DNA from: Scyliorhinus canicula
Lineage: Eukaryota
Direction: 5' to 3'
DNA length: 64,000 bases
NCBI RefSeq assembly: GCF_902713615.1
Contig: NC_052148.1
Coordinates: 98,325,098 to 98,389,097 of the forward strand
Both the position numbers and the translations under genes were made by a program. Within the stretch, counting starts at the first letter, position 1. Every line of letters begins with the position of its first letter. Shown here in pieces: positions 49,383-62,149 of the stretch. A model generated the notes under the pieces. It made no database searches, was not told the origin of the DNA, and saw only the letters and a list, made by a program, of their open reading frames with translations.

Positions 49383-49959
49383 AAAGATTATTAGCGAAGA
49401 GAGTATTGGCCATCAGAAGCAAAATTACGTTGGCAGGACAACAATGGGGAGCACAAAAGAGCACCAGCAGTGGTGAAAAGAACGCAGGGAGGGGCCCAGC
49501 AGGGAGCTTAAGAAATTAGCAGCAAGAGACAGAGACCAGCAGAGAATATAAAAGAACTGTAACAGCAACAAGAGCCAAGAACGTCCGGGCCCAGCATAAA
49601 GGTAAAGAATGGCAGGTGTGTGGATTCAGAACACAATGATAAGGGTGTGTGACTGTATGTAAAGGAGTTATAGGGATGCAGAAAGTCACAATCACGGTGC
49701 TTCAGGACCGCGAATTGCCCAGTAGGTTCAGGAATCTTACTGCTTGTGTGAATGTGTGCAGAGGGACGAGGCATGGTGGCGCAATGGTTAGCACTGCTGC
49801 CTCATGGCGCCAAGGACCCAGGTTCGATCCCGGTGTGGGTCTCACCCCAACACCCCAAAGATGTGCATGGTAGGTGGATTGGCCACAATAAATTGCCCCT
49901 AGCCACAACATCATGGTGCGGGGAGCTATTCAAGTGGGGGGGGGGGGGGGGTAAAAGGT

Positions 49960-50400
49960 TATGCAGCTGTAGTAGGGGACAGTATTATGCTCTCTGCAGC
50001 CAAAAGTATGAGTCTTGACAGCTGTGTTACCTGCCCAATGTCAGGATTAAGGACATTTCCTCTGACCTGGGGAAGAACATGGAATGGGAGGGAAAGGATC
50101 CAGTTCCCATGATCCACATGGGAACTGATGACATGGGTAGAACTAAGAAAAAGGTTCTGCTGATGGAGTATGAACAGCTATGAACTAAATTAAAAAGCAG
50201 AATCACAAAGGAAATAACCTCAAAATTATGGCCTGAGCCATGAGCAAATCGGCAAAGGGTAAATAAGATCAGAGTTTAATGGGTGGCTCAAAAATTGGTG
50301 TTGGATTGGTTATGATTCATGTGGCACTGGCACCAGTTATGGGCAAGGAGGGACTGTTGGGACATCCTTCACTTGAGCTGCTTTGGTGAGTTGCAGAGAA
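49960..50400 (+). mobile_element. CR1 ORF1 (SGNH esterase) remnant
   Basis: CYLPNVRIKDIS..GKDPVPMIHMGTDDMGR resembles the CLPGA...HVGTND motifs. Confidence 0.6.
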
Positions 50401-51110
50401 GCCTTTAAATAAATAGTGGGGGGATGAGTTCACCTCAGGGGCTATCTTCAAAAGTAGGAAATGTCTCTCTCTAAATCTTTGTCATGTCTATATAATATGA
50501 GTTCTACCTTTTGTTCTGTCTTCTCTTGACTCCTTTGTGCTCTTTTTTCCACCCATTCACATTATCCAGCCATGTCTTTGTTCACTTCTTTCCTGCTTTG
50601 AAAATTGGTTGAAAATTAACACAGAGGTTTCAACACCTTGCCCCGTACTGAAAATAAGTACCTTTCAGCATCTTCCTTGTCCAAACTATTGTGGCTTGAT
50701 GTGCCTTCATGATTAAAATCCAGGCTTTGATTTCACTGCCTATACCTCTGACAACTTCTCTTTCTTTGAGCACTTTATTGGGCTCTAACTTTCTCACCTC
50801 TCATTTAATGTCCTCATTCTCTACCACCCCACCAAGTGCTATCCCAGGTTTCTCAATGAGATTCCTCTCACCTTTCATTCTTCATCCAGTGCACTGATGG
50901 TTTTCATTGACTTCAACCTGTTTTACCTCATCTTTTCCCTCTCTCGTTCAATTTTATTGCCCCTCTCTATTAGATTTACTGTCCATAAGCACTGCTATAT
51001 TCATAGAAACATCATTAGCCTTACCATCCTCTGTTATCAATGTCTGTTTATTCTCCTTGACCTCTTTGCTGGATTTGACATCGTGGACCATATCATCATT
51101 GGACCATTGT

Positions 51111-51460
51111 GGGCAGCACGGTAGCATATTGGTTAGCATAATTGCTTCACAGCTCCAGGGTCCCAGGTTCGATTCCCGGCTTGGGTCACTGTCTGTGCGG
51201 AGTCTGCATGCTCTCCCCGTGTGTGCGCGGGTTGCCTCCGGGTGCTCCGGTTTCCTCCCACAGTCCAAAGATGTGCAGGTTAGGTGGCTTGGCCATACTA
51301 AATTGCCCTTAGTGTCCAAAATTGTCCTTAGTGTTGGGTGGGGTTACTGGGTTATGGGGATAGGGTGGGGGTGTGGGCTTGGGTGGGGTGCTCTTTCCGA
51401 GGGCTGATGCAGACTCGATGGGCTGATTGGCCTCCTTCTGCACTGTAAATTCTATGATCA
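51111..51460 (+). mobile_element. Full-length HE1/V-SINE-like SINE inside an L2 remnant
   Basis: Near-identical to 33751-34120; the left flank reads ILLDLFAGFDIVDH (L2 RT-like). Confidence 0.9.
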
Positions 51461-51534
51461 TCCTCTCATCCCTCTCCTCCATTGGCTAGATCAATGGCAC
51501 TTAGATTGTTAAACCTTTTAAAACATTAATTCAT

Positions 51535-51745
51535 GGCAGTGGTTAGCACTGCTGCCTCACAACACCAAGGGCCTGGGTTTGAACCCGGTTCCAGGTCACT
51601 GTCTATGTGAAGTTTGCACATTCTCCCCATGTCTGCGCGGCTTTCGCCCCCACAACCAAAAGATGTACAGGGTAGGTGAATTGGCCTTCTTAAATTGCCC
51701 CTTAATTGGAAAAAAAAATAATTGTATACTCTATATTTTTTTCAA
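51535..51745 (+). mobile_element. Short V-SINE-like SINE, diverged
   Basis: Head plus AAATTGCCCCTTAATTGGAAAAAA end. Confidence 0.75.
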
Positions 51746-52139
51746 AATTAATTCATGGTGTGTGGATATTTTTGCTACGCCAGTATTTATTGCCCCACCC
51801 TGGTTGCCATTGAGAAGGGGTTGGTGAGCTAACTTCTTGAACCAGTGCATTCTGTGATGATGTACATAAGCAGTCATGTTTATGGTGATAAAGAAGACCT
51901 CCAACCAGCAGGTGGCAGTAGAGAACAACCACATGGCACTGTTACCTTGGGAGTCTGGAGATAGTATTCATAGTGGATAATCACAATTTGTAGGAGCTCT
52001 TAGTTAATTTATAATAGTTTTTGATAATATTCTTATGGTTATCTAACCCATGCTATTGTTGAACAAGAAAACTTCAACTAGTCTGGAACTAGACATTCTT
52101 CAGTACATTTAGTCCAACCGGCCAAGCACCAGAATGTAA

Positions 52140-52900
52140 CATGGTACCAGGATTGAAGATCTGACGAGATACCAGGATTAGTTTTGAAAATCTAAGAAAC
52201 AAGATAACCTGAGAAGGAAGAACAATCATTTCTACTAACCACGTAGAGTACTGACGAATCTCACTCAACACACACTGCAGGCATCAAAGTCCGTGACGGA
52301 AGGTCTGAAGATACGACACCAGTTTTGAGTCACTGGTAATTTAGATGCAAATTGACACGCTTTTAAACAGAAATCCACACACTGTGTAGCAGTTCTAGGT
52401 CTGCAGGCACAGCCCGATGAATGGAGAATAGCGTTGCTGCTCACTGTAGCAGGTCCACAAGTGATAGAAATCTTTAACACCTTCGCATTCGATAACGAAG
52501 CTGATGAAAATAACTTCACCGAAGTCGTTAAAAAATTGATCGGCATTGTGCACGAAAGGAAAACGATACACTCGAGCACAATGTTTTCTGCAAGCGTTCA
52601 CAGCAGGCAGGTGAATTGTTTGATAGCTTTTTAATGGACTTGAGGTTGAAGGCACAGACCTGGAATTTGGAAACCCTACAAATGTCGATATCCGCCATCA
52701 AATCATGTTCATGATTCGTAATGACAAGGTCAGGGATAGGTAGTTGAGGGAGAATGAAATCCAGTTGAGATGCCATTAAAGATTTGCTATGCCAGTGAGT
52801 TAGCTGCGCAGCAAATTAACAATTTAACCTTAAGAATTTTGGCACGAAGCTCGGAGATGCAGCCAACACCATTAATGTTGTGTTGCACCCTAAGGCAAAC
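52140..52900 (+). mobile_element. Degraded Gypsy gag fragment
   Basis: QPDEWRIALLLTVAGPQVIEIFNTF; preceded by TAACA-TGGTACCAG (possible LTR end and PBS). Confidence 0.55.
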
Positions 52901-55900
52901 ATGAACCCAGCAGCAATGGACATTTTAAGCAAGTAAATGAGACTAAGTCCTGACGCTGGCATGGAAACAGTGGTGTGGATTCCTCCCACAACCCAAAGAT
53001 GTGCAGGTCAGTGGATTGGCTATGCTAAATTGCTCCGTAGTGTCCAAAGGTTATGTGGTGTTATGAGATAGAGTTGGAGGGTCAGCACAGACTTGATGGA
53101 CTGCATGGCCTCCTTCTGCACTGTGGGGATTATATGGTTTTATGGATTCTATGCAGAATTGTCAGCCAATCAGATTGGCCAGAAACTCTTGAGGCCGGAC
53201 TTCCTCCCACGTGAGGGGCTGAAGTCCTATCTCCAACCAATTAATACTAAATAGCTGCAAGGCAGACGGCATGAGCAGGGGTATGTTCTCTGCTTACACT
53301 TCAGGTATTGGGACCACCTGCTACATTCTGCCCTGAGGAAAAATGTATTTGCTTTGGAAGGAGTGTTTATCAGAGTTCCACGTGACCTTAAAGAGTAAAA
53401 TTTCAGAGGGTCGGATGCAAATGTATTACTTCGAGTTTGGGAAGGTGAGCAATAATCAAATCAAGGTGTTTAGAATAGGGTCGATCGATAAATGATTTTC
53501 TCCGTTTGGGTAATTTAGATCAAGACTTCATAATCTTTTGGAGCTGGACCATTTCGGAGAAAAATTGGGAAGTGTTTTTTGACACACAGGGTCTGGAATT
53601 CTGGAACACTCCCTAAAATATTATGGATGCTTTGTCACTTAAAATACTTCAGACCAAGACAGATTTTTGTTATACAATGTTATCAAAGGGGATAGAGTTG
53701 AGGTCTCGTTCAATCATGAAATAATTTACACAAAATGAGGAGCTGAATTTAATGTTTCTGCTTATATATCCAATTATATCCAGTGTTATTTTGATTTTCT
53801 GAACAAGATCTACATTGTTGCAATGTGCATTTGCTACATTCATCCTGTGCTATATAACCTGCCCACATTTGTAACAGTGTAAGATACGGTACCATTTTTA
53901 AAAATGTATTCCTGGAATGTGGGCATCACTTGCAAGTCCGGCGTTTCTTGCCCTTGCCTATAAAGAAATTATTAATTCTAGAAGTAGTGTTGCCACAATG
54001 ACAAATAAAGAAACTTCACTTACTAGTGATGAATATTACTTTCCTGCACTAATGTGTAAATATTGTTATGTGGACTGGAAGACACTCGTATAATTTTGAA
54101 TCACGCAAGAATGACTGGTGTGTTGACTTCTCCCATCGTAATTACCACTTCTGAGGACAACCAAGATTCAACACCAGACGCGGCCAGTTAAGGCGAGCAG
54201 GGTTCCTTCCTTAAAGGAGTGTACATTATCCAATCCGTAGATTTTTGTTACAAAAACCCAATAGTTTCATGATTAAGTTTTACTGTCTTGGTGGGATTAT
54301 GAACTATTTGACCTCTGGTGTGCTAGCTTGGGGGCATAACCATTTCAAAACGGTGTCCGGGTCAGGCCAATTTAACCATCCATTTGCTTACAGGGAAACA
54401 TTGGAAAGCACAGAGGCCTATGGTGATTATTACTTTGAAATCAGCTAATTGTCATTTTTCGAAAGACATTGGCACTAGCAGTTTCAAAGTAATATTCGGG
54501 CAGTGTTTTATTTATAGCAGAAACACGGCTGAAGTGTGATCATTTGATGTGCAATGTGGCTGTCTGTCTCAAGCAGTATCAGGCACTCTGCATATTTGCA
54601 TTTAGTTGCCATAGCAAATCAGAATTTTACTTTGCTTCCGAACTGCAAACAGCTTTATGTGATTGTTCAAACAATCGGTCGGCCTCATTTCCTTGCTAAC
54701 CCCACGCTGACGTTAATCTAAAACCAATACAAGCAGGAAATAGATTTTTTATTTATATATATGTTATCCCGATATATAATGAACTGGGAAGTTTAACCCT
54801 GTCGCCTGGAATTAGTCACTGTAACTAGTCGTTGTTCGCTGTTTTATTGGATGGAGGTCCTTTGATAAGTCTTCCTTTGACACCAATCGCTGGCTGTGGG
54901 TCGTTCTTTGTTACGCAGTTTCTCACTGCAATGATCTACCCCGAGCTGACAAGCCGACCATACCCTTCTTTGACTATTCCCTCCACAATGCACGTTCCAG
55001 CTACTGACTCATTGCAAAGTGTGGGCAAAATGTTATAACAGAGTAATAAAACTCGGGCATAGTGAAATGCATTCAATTGATAGCGGTGATCAAAGAAAGT
55101 CACCAATAAACAATTCAGTAAGCTTTCAACACCCAGAGTGACAAGACAAGCAAAGAAATGAATCATTCTGGAAGCAATTTACTTACAATAACAAATAAGA
55201 ACACCTCAGTTAGCAGTGATAAATATCACTTGCGTGTGCTAATATTTATGAATATTGTTTATAGATAGGCTGGAAGGCACTTGCATCTATCACGTTAAGA
55301 ATGACTGGCGTATAGATTTCTCCCATCCATTGATTAACTCGGATTCTTAATGCTTTGACCCATGAGTGATTGGTAATCAAATCGGTTGTCCCGCCCCGAC
55401 CAGCTCAAACAGCATCCGAGTTTTCTAATAGACCCAAAAGACTGTGGTGAATCAAAACCCAGCGGTTATCAATAGCACACGCTCACAAAGGTAAGATAAC
55501 TCAATCGATTTTATGTGTACGGCAGCGCTTCTTAAATTTTGACCACACCTAGAAAATGAGTGGAGGCGACCTTTTCCGTTATGCCTATTGTAGTAAAGAA
55601 TCTCCATCTCTCGCCAACCAGCGCGGCTGTGAATGGTCGATTCCGATATCCGTAGCAGCTGGATGACACGCGGATCCTGAGTTTCCCTTTGCTTTCTGCT
55701 CTGTGGTTAAAGGTCCGTCCACACTGCTGGCAGAAAGGCGGCTCTTCACACACGGAAGCAGCAACTGCGGGACTGAAATGTGGATCTGTGCACAAATCTC
55801 GTCGCAAACTGACAACTAAAGACGGTAGCACGAGCCTGTGTTTTCTCCCCTTTCTTGAACAGCAGATTATTCACACCTTTTGAGTTTGTAGAAATAAATG

Positions 55901-56334
55901 GAGCTTTATGGGAAGGTAATGCATTATTTTACAATACTTACGGGCTTCCTCTTTAAAAGCCAAATTTCCGTAATAAAAAGACCAAATTTCCGTAACATGA
56001 GAAAGGGCTGTGTTTTCGGGCGCTCCAGATACCCTGAATACAGCCAGAAAGTCGGCTTTGTCCCCACTGCAAATTTGAATGGACACTAACAATCAGCTTT
56101 CTCGTTATGCTTGCTTTTAGGGTATCTGGCATTGTTGATTTAATTATTTTGCAAGGATTCAGTCAATTTTTTTTAAGTACAGAAGTAAATCCGACGTGGC
56201 ATATGATAATTTTTTTTTCTTCAGGTTAGGTAAGGGTTTGTCAAAAATATGTGCAACATGTCCTGGCTGTTGGTTGCAAATACCCACCCAAAAAGGGGCA
56301 TCCTTGCTTCCAGCTCTGTTCCTTGCCAGCTCCG

Positions 56335-56500
56335 AGCCCCGTCGCGCGACAGTGGGGATTGGCGCCGGGAATGCTGGGAGTTGTAGTCCAACATAGCCGG
56401 CCCATTGTGCTCGAGTCGGGCCTGAGCCCAAACAACTACAGATCCCAGAGTGCGTGGCGCGGCCGGCGCAGGCGCAGCGTGCTGCCGCTGTCAAAAGAAA
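56335..56500. promoter_or_regulatory. CpG-rich promoter with two opposed ZNF143/Staf-type motifs, CCAAT and NRF1-like motif
   Basis: ACTACAACTCCCAGCAT (minus, 56367-56388), ACTACAGATCCCAGAGTGC (plus, 56435-56453), reverse CCAAT (56358-56362), GCGCAGGCGCA (56466-56476); CpG-dense and not recognisable as a repeat. Confidence 0.8.
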
Positions 56501-56589
56501 AGTAGGTGACAGAAGGAGGCAAAGAGGCTCGTTCCGCTCGGCTTTCTCCACAGGCTCAGAGGGAGAGGGATCGCCAGCGCTCTGGCAGC

Positions 56590-56613
56590 ATGAGACACGA
56601 GGCACCAATGCAG
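56590..56613 (+). CDS. RAB3C: First coding exon segment of Ras-related protein Rab-3C (MRHEAPMQ)
   Basis: ATG AGA CAC GAG GCA CCA ATG CAG|GT just downstream of the promoter. The peptide matches the recalled human RAB3C N-terminus MRHEAPMQ-MASAQD, with a phase-0 donor. Exon 2 was not seen in the window. Confidence 0.85.
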
Positions 56614-58994
56614 GTCCGTATAACCTTCCATAATCACACAACACATAAGCAGATGGAAACAGCGTCCGAATGAGACTTTCTGATCAAGGAGGTTGCTTTA
56701 TCATGCCTATCAATTAATATTTTTTTTGCATGCTACAATAACTTACATGGTTACAAGATGCACAATTAGATTTATTTTTAAATAGACCGTTTAATTTCAC
56801 AGCTCATTTTATCGTCATCTGGAATTGAATCGTTCTGCATGGAGAATTTCAGAAATGTCAATTTGCTTGAACGTGTTCAATTAAAAAAAATATATATATT
56901 TTGAATTAAGAATTGTGTTTAACCAGTTTTCTTCCGAGACCAGTGATTTATTCATCGCAGTTTTTGTTCCTCCATTGATGGGTGCTCAATATCTCCCAGT
57001 GTTTAAGGGCTATTCATGTTAGGGTGGTGTTGGGGGGGGGGGGGGGGGGGGGGGGACGGGACTTTTAAGGTAGATGAAATTGTGATGGCAGATGCATTTC
57101 TGCATCAGAATTACATCCTTCATTACTCTTTGGACACATTGTCTTTCATATACATCCCTGGCATCTTGTATTTATTTTAGGTGCTACAGATATGTACCAA
57201 GATGTCTGGGCTGCAGTGTAATGAGTCTATCCATCTGACTTGAACATGTCGACTTTTTCATTCAAGGGGGATCTCCTCTAAGGAGATCTTTGGGCGACTC
57301 TCGGTGAGGGTTATTTTGCGAGTTCGAAGCACACACACGTTTCATGCTGACAAGATAGAGTTGTTTTCCAAAACGTTTTTCACGTTTGCCTTTTGCACAG
57401 TAAGGAACAGTCTATATATTTTGTCCATTCAGAATTCACAAGACAGTACGCACCAAAAAGGCTTTCAGCAGTATATATTTTATTCTGCCATTTAAATCTA
57501 AATTAAATACAGAACCATTCTGGTTATTATAAAATACATCTAGTGGATTAAATACTGGATACTTATAACTTTTAATTCAAATGATTAAAACCATTTCTCA
57601 ATTTGAAAAGCCATTTTTGTTGGAATGGTACACATTAGAAACACGCTTCTGTGCTTGTAGTTAGAAGGTACACCATATATGCTCAAATGGTCAGGACTAA
57701 GGGGATTGAAGGTATAGGATTGTTAATGTTGCATCATTTTTTGGAACTTTGTAGATCTTTTCTGATTCCTGTCTTATAAGCAGTTTTTCTTTTAAATAAA
57801 TAGGGTTGGTAGTCAGCCATAGTCCATGCGGGATCATAGATCTGTTAGTAAGAGAGAAGTGGTTATATAGCTTGAGGGGCACTAATCCACATCAAGCATG
57901 GGGCAAGGCAAGGGGGCTGGCCTCCATGAACTTCCACAATATAGCTTCAGGGACTAATGATGCCCATTGCAGCTACTAGGAAAACAATATTGCTTGCCAA
58001 GAAAGGATAAAATACATATCTCCAGCTGTGTACATGCTCATGACTGACATCAATTAGAAACTGATGCTACTGGAAATAGTTTATGGTATTTTAAGAATTG
58101 TTCTTTGTGTGGAATTATTTTGAATCAGAGACAAAAGAAATCAAAGGAACAAGTAGCTCCCTGCATGGCTTAATAGATGAAGGCACCATCTGGTGTAGCT
58201 TTAACAGTGCATTCCAAGATGTTCCTCTTTGGATTTGGACCATGCTGAATGAGATGATTTTAGCTAGGTCAATATTTGGGGGAATACAATTGGGTTTAGT
58301 GACTGTAACTGGGCTGTAAAGGAAAAATATCACCTCCGCTTCATAAGAACATTCAGCTCCTTGAGCCTGCTCCACTATTCAGTTGATCTTTTTTTTAAAA
58401 AATGTTCACTGAAGGTAGGTGTTGCTAGCTAGGTCAGCATGATGTATTGCCCATCACTAATTACCCTTCAGAATGTACTCTGTTTCATTTTCCTTAATAT
58501 TTGAATGACACCTCTTTCTTATGGCTGTGCAATGTTACTTGATGGAAACTGGATGTCCACAGTGAGAACAGATTTAGCCTTGGTTATAATGCAATTATAG
58601 GCTCATGTGAATGAAATTTATTGGAACCAGTGCCCATGGAATTCGAGCTGGAAAACACTTGGTGCCTTTCTAAAAGAAGGAAAAGTGCAGTGAATTGCCA
58701 CTGATGTAGGGTAAATGTTAGCGCCCCTGTGAGTTACAGTTTTGTCAACAGCATTCATTGTTTGGACGCTTGCATTCCATGGAAAATATCTGGGTGGTTT
58801 GTGTATTGAAAATCATCTTAGAAATATTTAAATACAATAAGACAGCAAAGTGTACGAGTTTTGCTTCCCATGGCAATGCCTATCTTTTGTCACTTCGCTC
58901 TCTCTTTTCCATTTACTTATTTTTGCCCTTGCATTCTTTCAGTTTCTTATTGCTATTCTTTTTAGATGGGAGTGATAATTTATATGATATTAAC

Positions 58995-59530
58995 AGCTGG
59001 AATACTGTGAACAGTTTTTTAGTCCCTTTATCTAAGGAAAGATATACTGGCATTGGAGACAGTCCATAGAATGTTCACGAGGTTGATCCTGGGGATGGAG
59101 GTTGACTAGATTGCGCCTGTGCTCATTGGAGTTTAGAAAAATGAGAGGTGACCTTTATTGAGGATTCTTAGGGGGCTTGACATGGTAGATGCTGAGAGGT
59201 TGTTTACCCTTGTGAGAGAGTCTAGAACCAGAGGACATAATCTCCGAGTGAGAGGTCGCCCATTTAAGACAAAGGAGGAAAAAAATTGTCCCTCAGAGGG
59301 TAGTGAATCTGTGGAATTCTTTCCCTCAGAGGGCTGGAGAGGCTGGGGTGCTAAGTATGTTCAGGGCTGAGATTGAGAGATTTTTTAATTAGTAAGGGAA
59401 TCATGGCTTATGGGGAAAAGGAGCATGCTGTTGAGGATCATTATATCAGATCAGTCATGATCTCATTGAATGGCAGAGCAGACTGAATGGGCCGAATGAT
59501 CTACTTCTGTTCCTACGTCTTATGATCTAT
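58995..59530 (+). mobile_element. Degraded CR1 3' fragment (intronic)
   Basis: ILRGLDMVDAERLF..SRTRGHNL plus CR1 3' UTR. Confidence 0.8.
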
Positions 59531-59624
59531 GGCTTGTGCTGGGAAAAGGAGCTACTGCATAATGCTGTCTTGCTTTTTCATTTATGCGTCATGTCATCTA
59601 TCTATCCCTCTTCCCTTCCATTCT

Positions 59625-60590
59625 TCAAGATAAGTGGCAGAAGGTGCAGAGAGGACATGAGGAAGAACATTTTTATGCAGAGAGTGGGGCAAATCTGGAA
59701 TTCACTGCGTGTTGGTGGTGGAGGCAGAGACCCTAAACACTTTTAAAGTGTACCTGGATCTGCACCTTAAGTGCTCTAAGCTACAGGGCTATGGACCAGG
59801 TGCAGGAAGGTTGAATTAGAAAGGGCACCTGTGTGTCTTCAGGCTGGCATGGACAAGATGGGCCAAATGGCCGCCTTCTGTGCTGTAACTTTTCTATGAT
59901 TCTGCTTATCATTCCTAATTTTCCCTTTTTCCTGTCTCCTTTTCACCTTTTTCCACAGTACCCTGTCATATGTTTTAGCTTCTGTTACATCCCCAAATCC
60001 CACATCACGGCTATCATCTCCTCGCTTTTTACATTGATTGCAAAAGTGAGGAATTATGCTCTAGTTGTACAAAATCTTGGTCAAGCCCCATCTGGAGTAC
60101 TGCAGTCGGTTTTGGAAACCCACTTGAGGAAAGATATATTGATTTTGAAAGGGATACAGTGAGATTTGCCAGAGTGATGCTGGATGTTGAAAGGTTAAAT
60201 TATGAGGCTAGGTTGTTTAAACATGCCTTGTATTCCCTTGCTTTTGGAGGGCTGTGGGGTGATCAAAATGCTGCCTTTAAAATGGGAAAAGGATTTGGCA
60301 GGGTAGATACAGAGGAATGACCTCCTTTGATGGTTGGATCCAGAACAATGTGTCATAACCTTACAATTAGAGCTAGGCCATTTAGAAGTGAAATCAGGAT
60401 GCAGCTTTTCACACAGAGCAGTGAAATTTTGGAATTCTCCCCAAAAGACTACAGATGCTGGTCCAATTAAATTTTTCTGAGCTTTGATCAATGGGTTGGG
60501 GAAGGGCACCGAGGCACTGGCAAAAGGACAAATTGAGTTGTGGTCTTATCAACTGTGATCTAATAGTATGGCAGAACAGGCTTCAAATCC
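59625..60590 (+). mobile_element. Two further degraded CR1 3' fragments
   Basis: MRKNIFMQRVGQIWNSL with TCTATGATTCT tail (to ~59903); a second piece at ~60045-60590. Confidence 0.65.
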
Positions 60591-62149
60591 TATCCTTTTC
60601 CTACAAGCGATTCCTGTTTTGCCTCTGCCCTTTCACTGGGCCTGCCATGCAACCTTGGTTAGCTTTCTCAGCATTGAATTTGGAAAATGACGGTCTGTTT
60701 TCAAAATGTTAATTCTGCATAAATGAATTTGCTGTTTCAGGTTGGCACATAAATTATGAGTGTTCTGATGTTTTGGTTTTCATTTCAGTGCTACCCACCT
60801 ATGCTTCACCTTGCATGTCTCCTCTTCCTGTATCATTTCTGTCTTGTCCCTTTTCTCTTTTTCTATATCCCTTCCTTATTTGACTTCTAGAACATTTCTC
60901 CCCTTTGCCCCATTCTGCTTTACACCCAAAAATATTTCTTCCCACTGCTGTCCCTCATTCTGACCCCTCCACCATCTCCTCACTTTTTCCCCTCCTTTTC
61001 ATCCTTCCCCTTCAACTTGATGTCACTTCCTCCATTGTAAATTCCCTATCCCTGTTCCTCTATCACTGCCACCGCAAATGTCTCGATAAGAAAATGAAGC
61101 CTAGAGAAGTTAAAAATAACTATAAAATGTATATAATGCATGGTTCAAGTGCTAGAAATGGACCTGGACCAAGACGTTTTATGAAGAAGCCATGTATCAT
61201 GAGAAGGGCTGAAAGGTAAGTATAAATGTTGAGTATACATTTCTTTATATGGGTCAAAAGTATCAACAAAGGTCCTTATTTGTGTGGCTACTTGTTCAGG
61301 TGATTGACTTGTTTCCTTTCAAAGATAATGTATAAAGTAGACTACTATTCTTTTAGCGGATAAGCTGATTTTTCTGGTCATTGTCTAAATAACAGTTTTG
61401 TGCTTTAAACGGTACAGTTGAATATTGTAATGCCTTTATATTCGTGCTATGTTAATCAGTTGTGATATATGCCAAGTTAGTCTTTGTTACTTTTCAGGAA
61501 AGCACAATGTTCTATTACACACGTAATGTAGATTTTAAGTGAACAAATGTATCAATTTTGAGGGTGTACTGATTGGAATGGGAATCCCTATGTGCCGTTA
61601 AATCAGCACTTTCCAATGAGCTGTACTTCAGCAAGCTGTGTTAGCATTCACACAAATTGTGAATTGGAGAAATTTCAGTGCTCCATTTAACATCTAAACA
61701 TGTTGCGATCATTAATGTTCTGAGTGTACTTTGCATTAACGTTTGACAATTCTATTCCAGATATTTTTCTTGAATCTAAGTCTTTTTCAAGTGTTTATCT
61801 AATTCCTTTTGAATGTTATTATTGAAAATCATCTTCCATGATCTTTTCAGGCAGTTCATTCCATTCATAATGGCTCAATGGATAAAAAAATCTCTTAATC
61901 TCCCACTGACTTTTATTTTTGCCAATTATCTTAAATCTTTGTCCTTTGGGTACTGATCGTTCTGCCACTGGAAACAGCTTTCAGAAATCCAAAATTATTT
62001 GAACACCACTTAAATTTCCTCTTGGCTTTCTAATGGCAAAGGAAAGCAGTCAAATTATCACAAAGACTACACATAACTAAAGTTGTCACCTTTGGTAACA
62101 ACATTCTAGTCCTTTGCATTTGCTTTGCATTTTTGCCATTAACTGAGAT

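Noticed and set aside
55532-55883. Short ORFs upstream of the promoter as a divergent protein gene
   Set aside because: No recognisable homology and non-ATG starts; retained only as part of a possible noncoding transcript.
56205-56235. 5-nt microexon (TTTTTCTTCAG|GTTAG|GTAAGG)
   Set aside because: Lies upstream of the main promoter with no supporting evidence; easily arises by chance.
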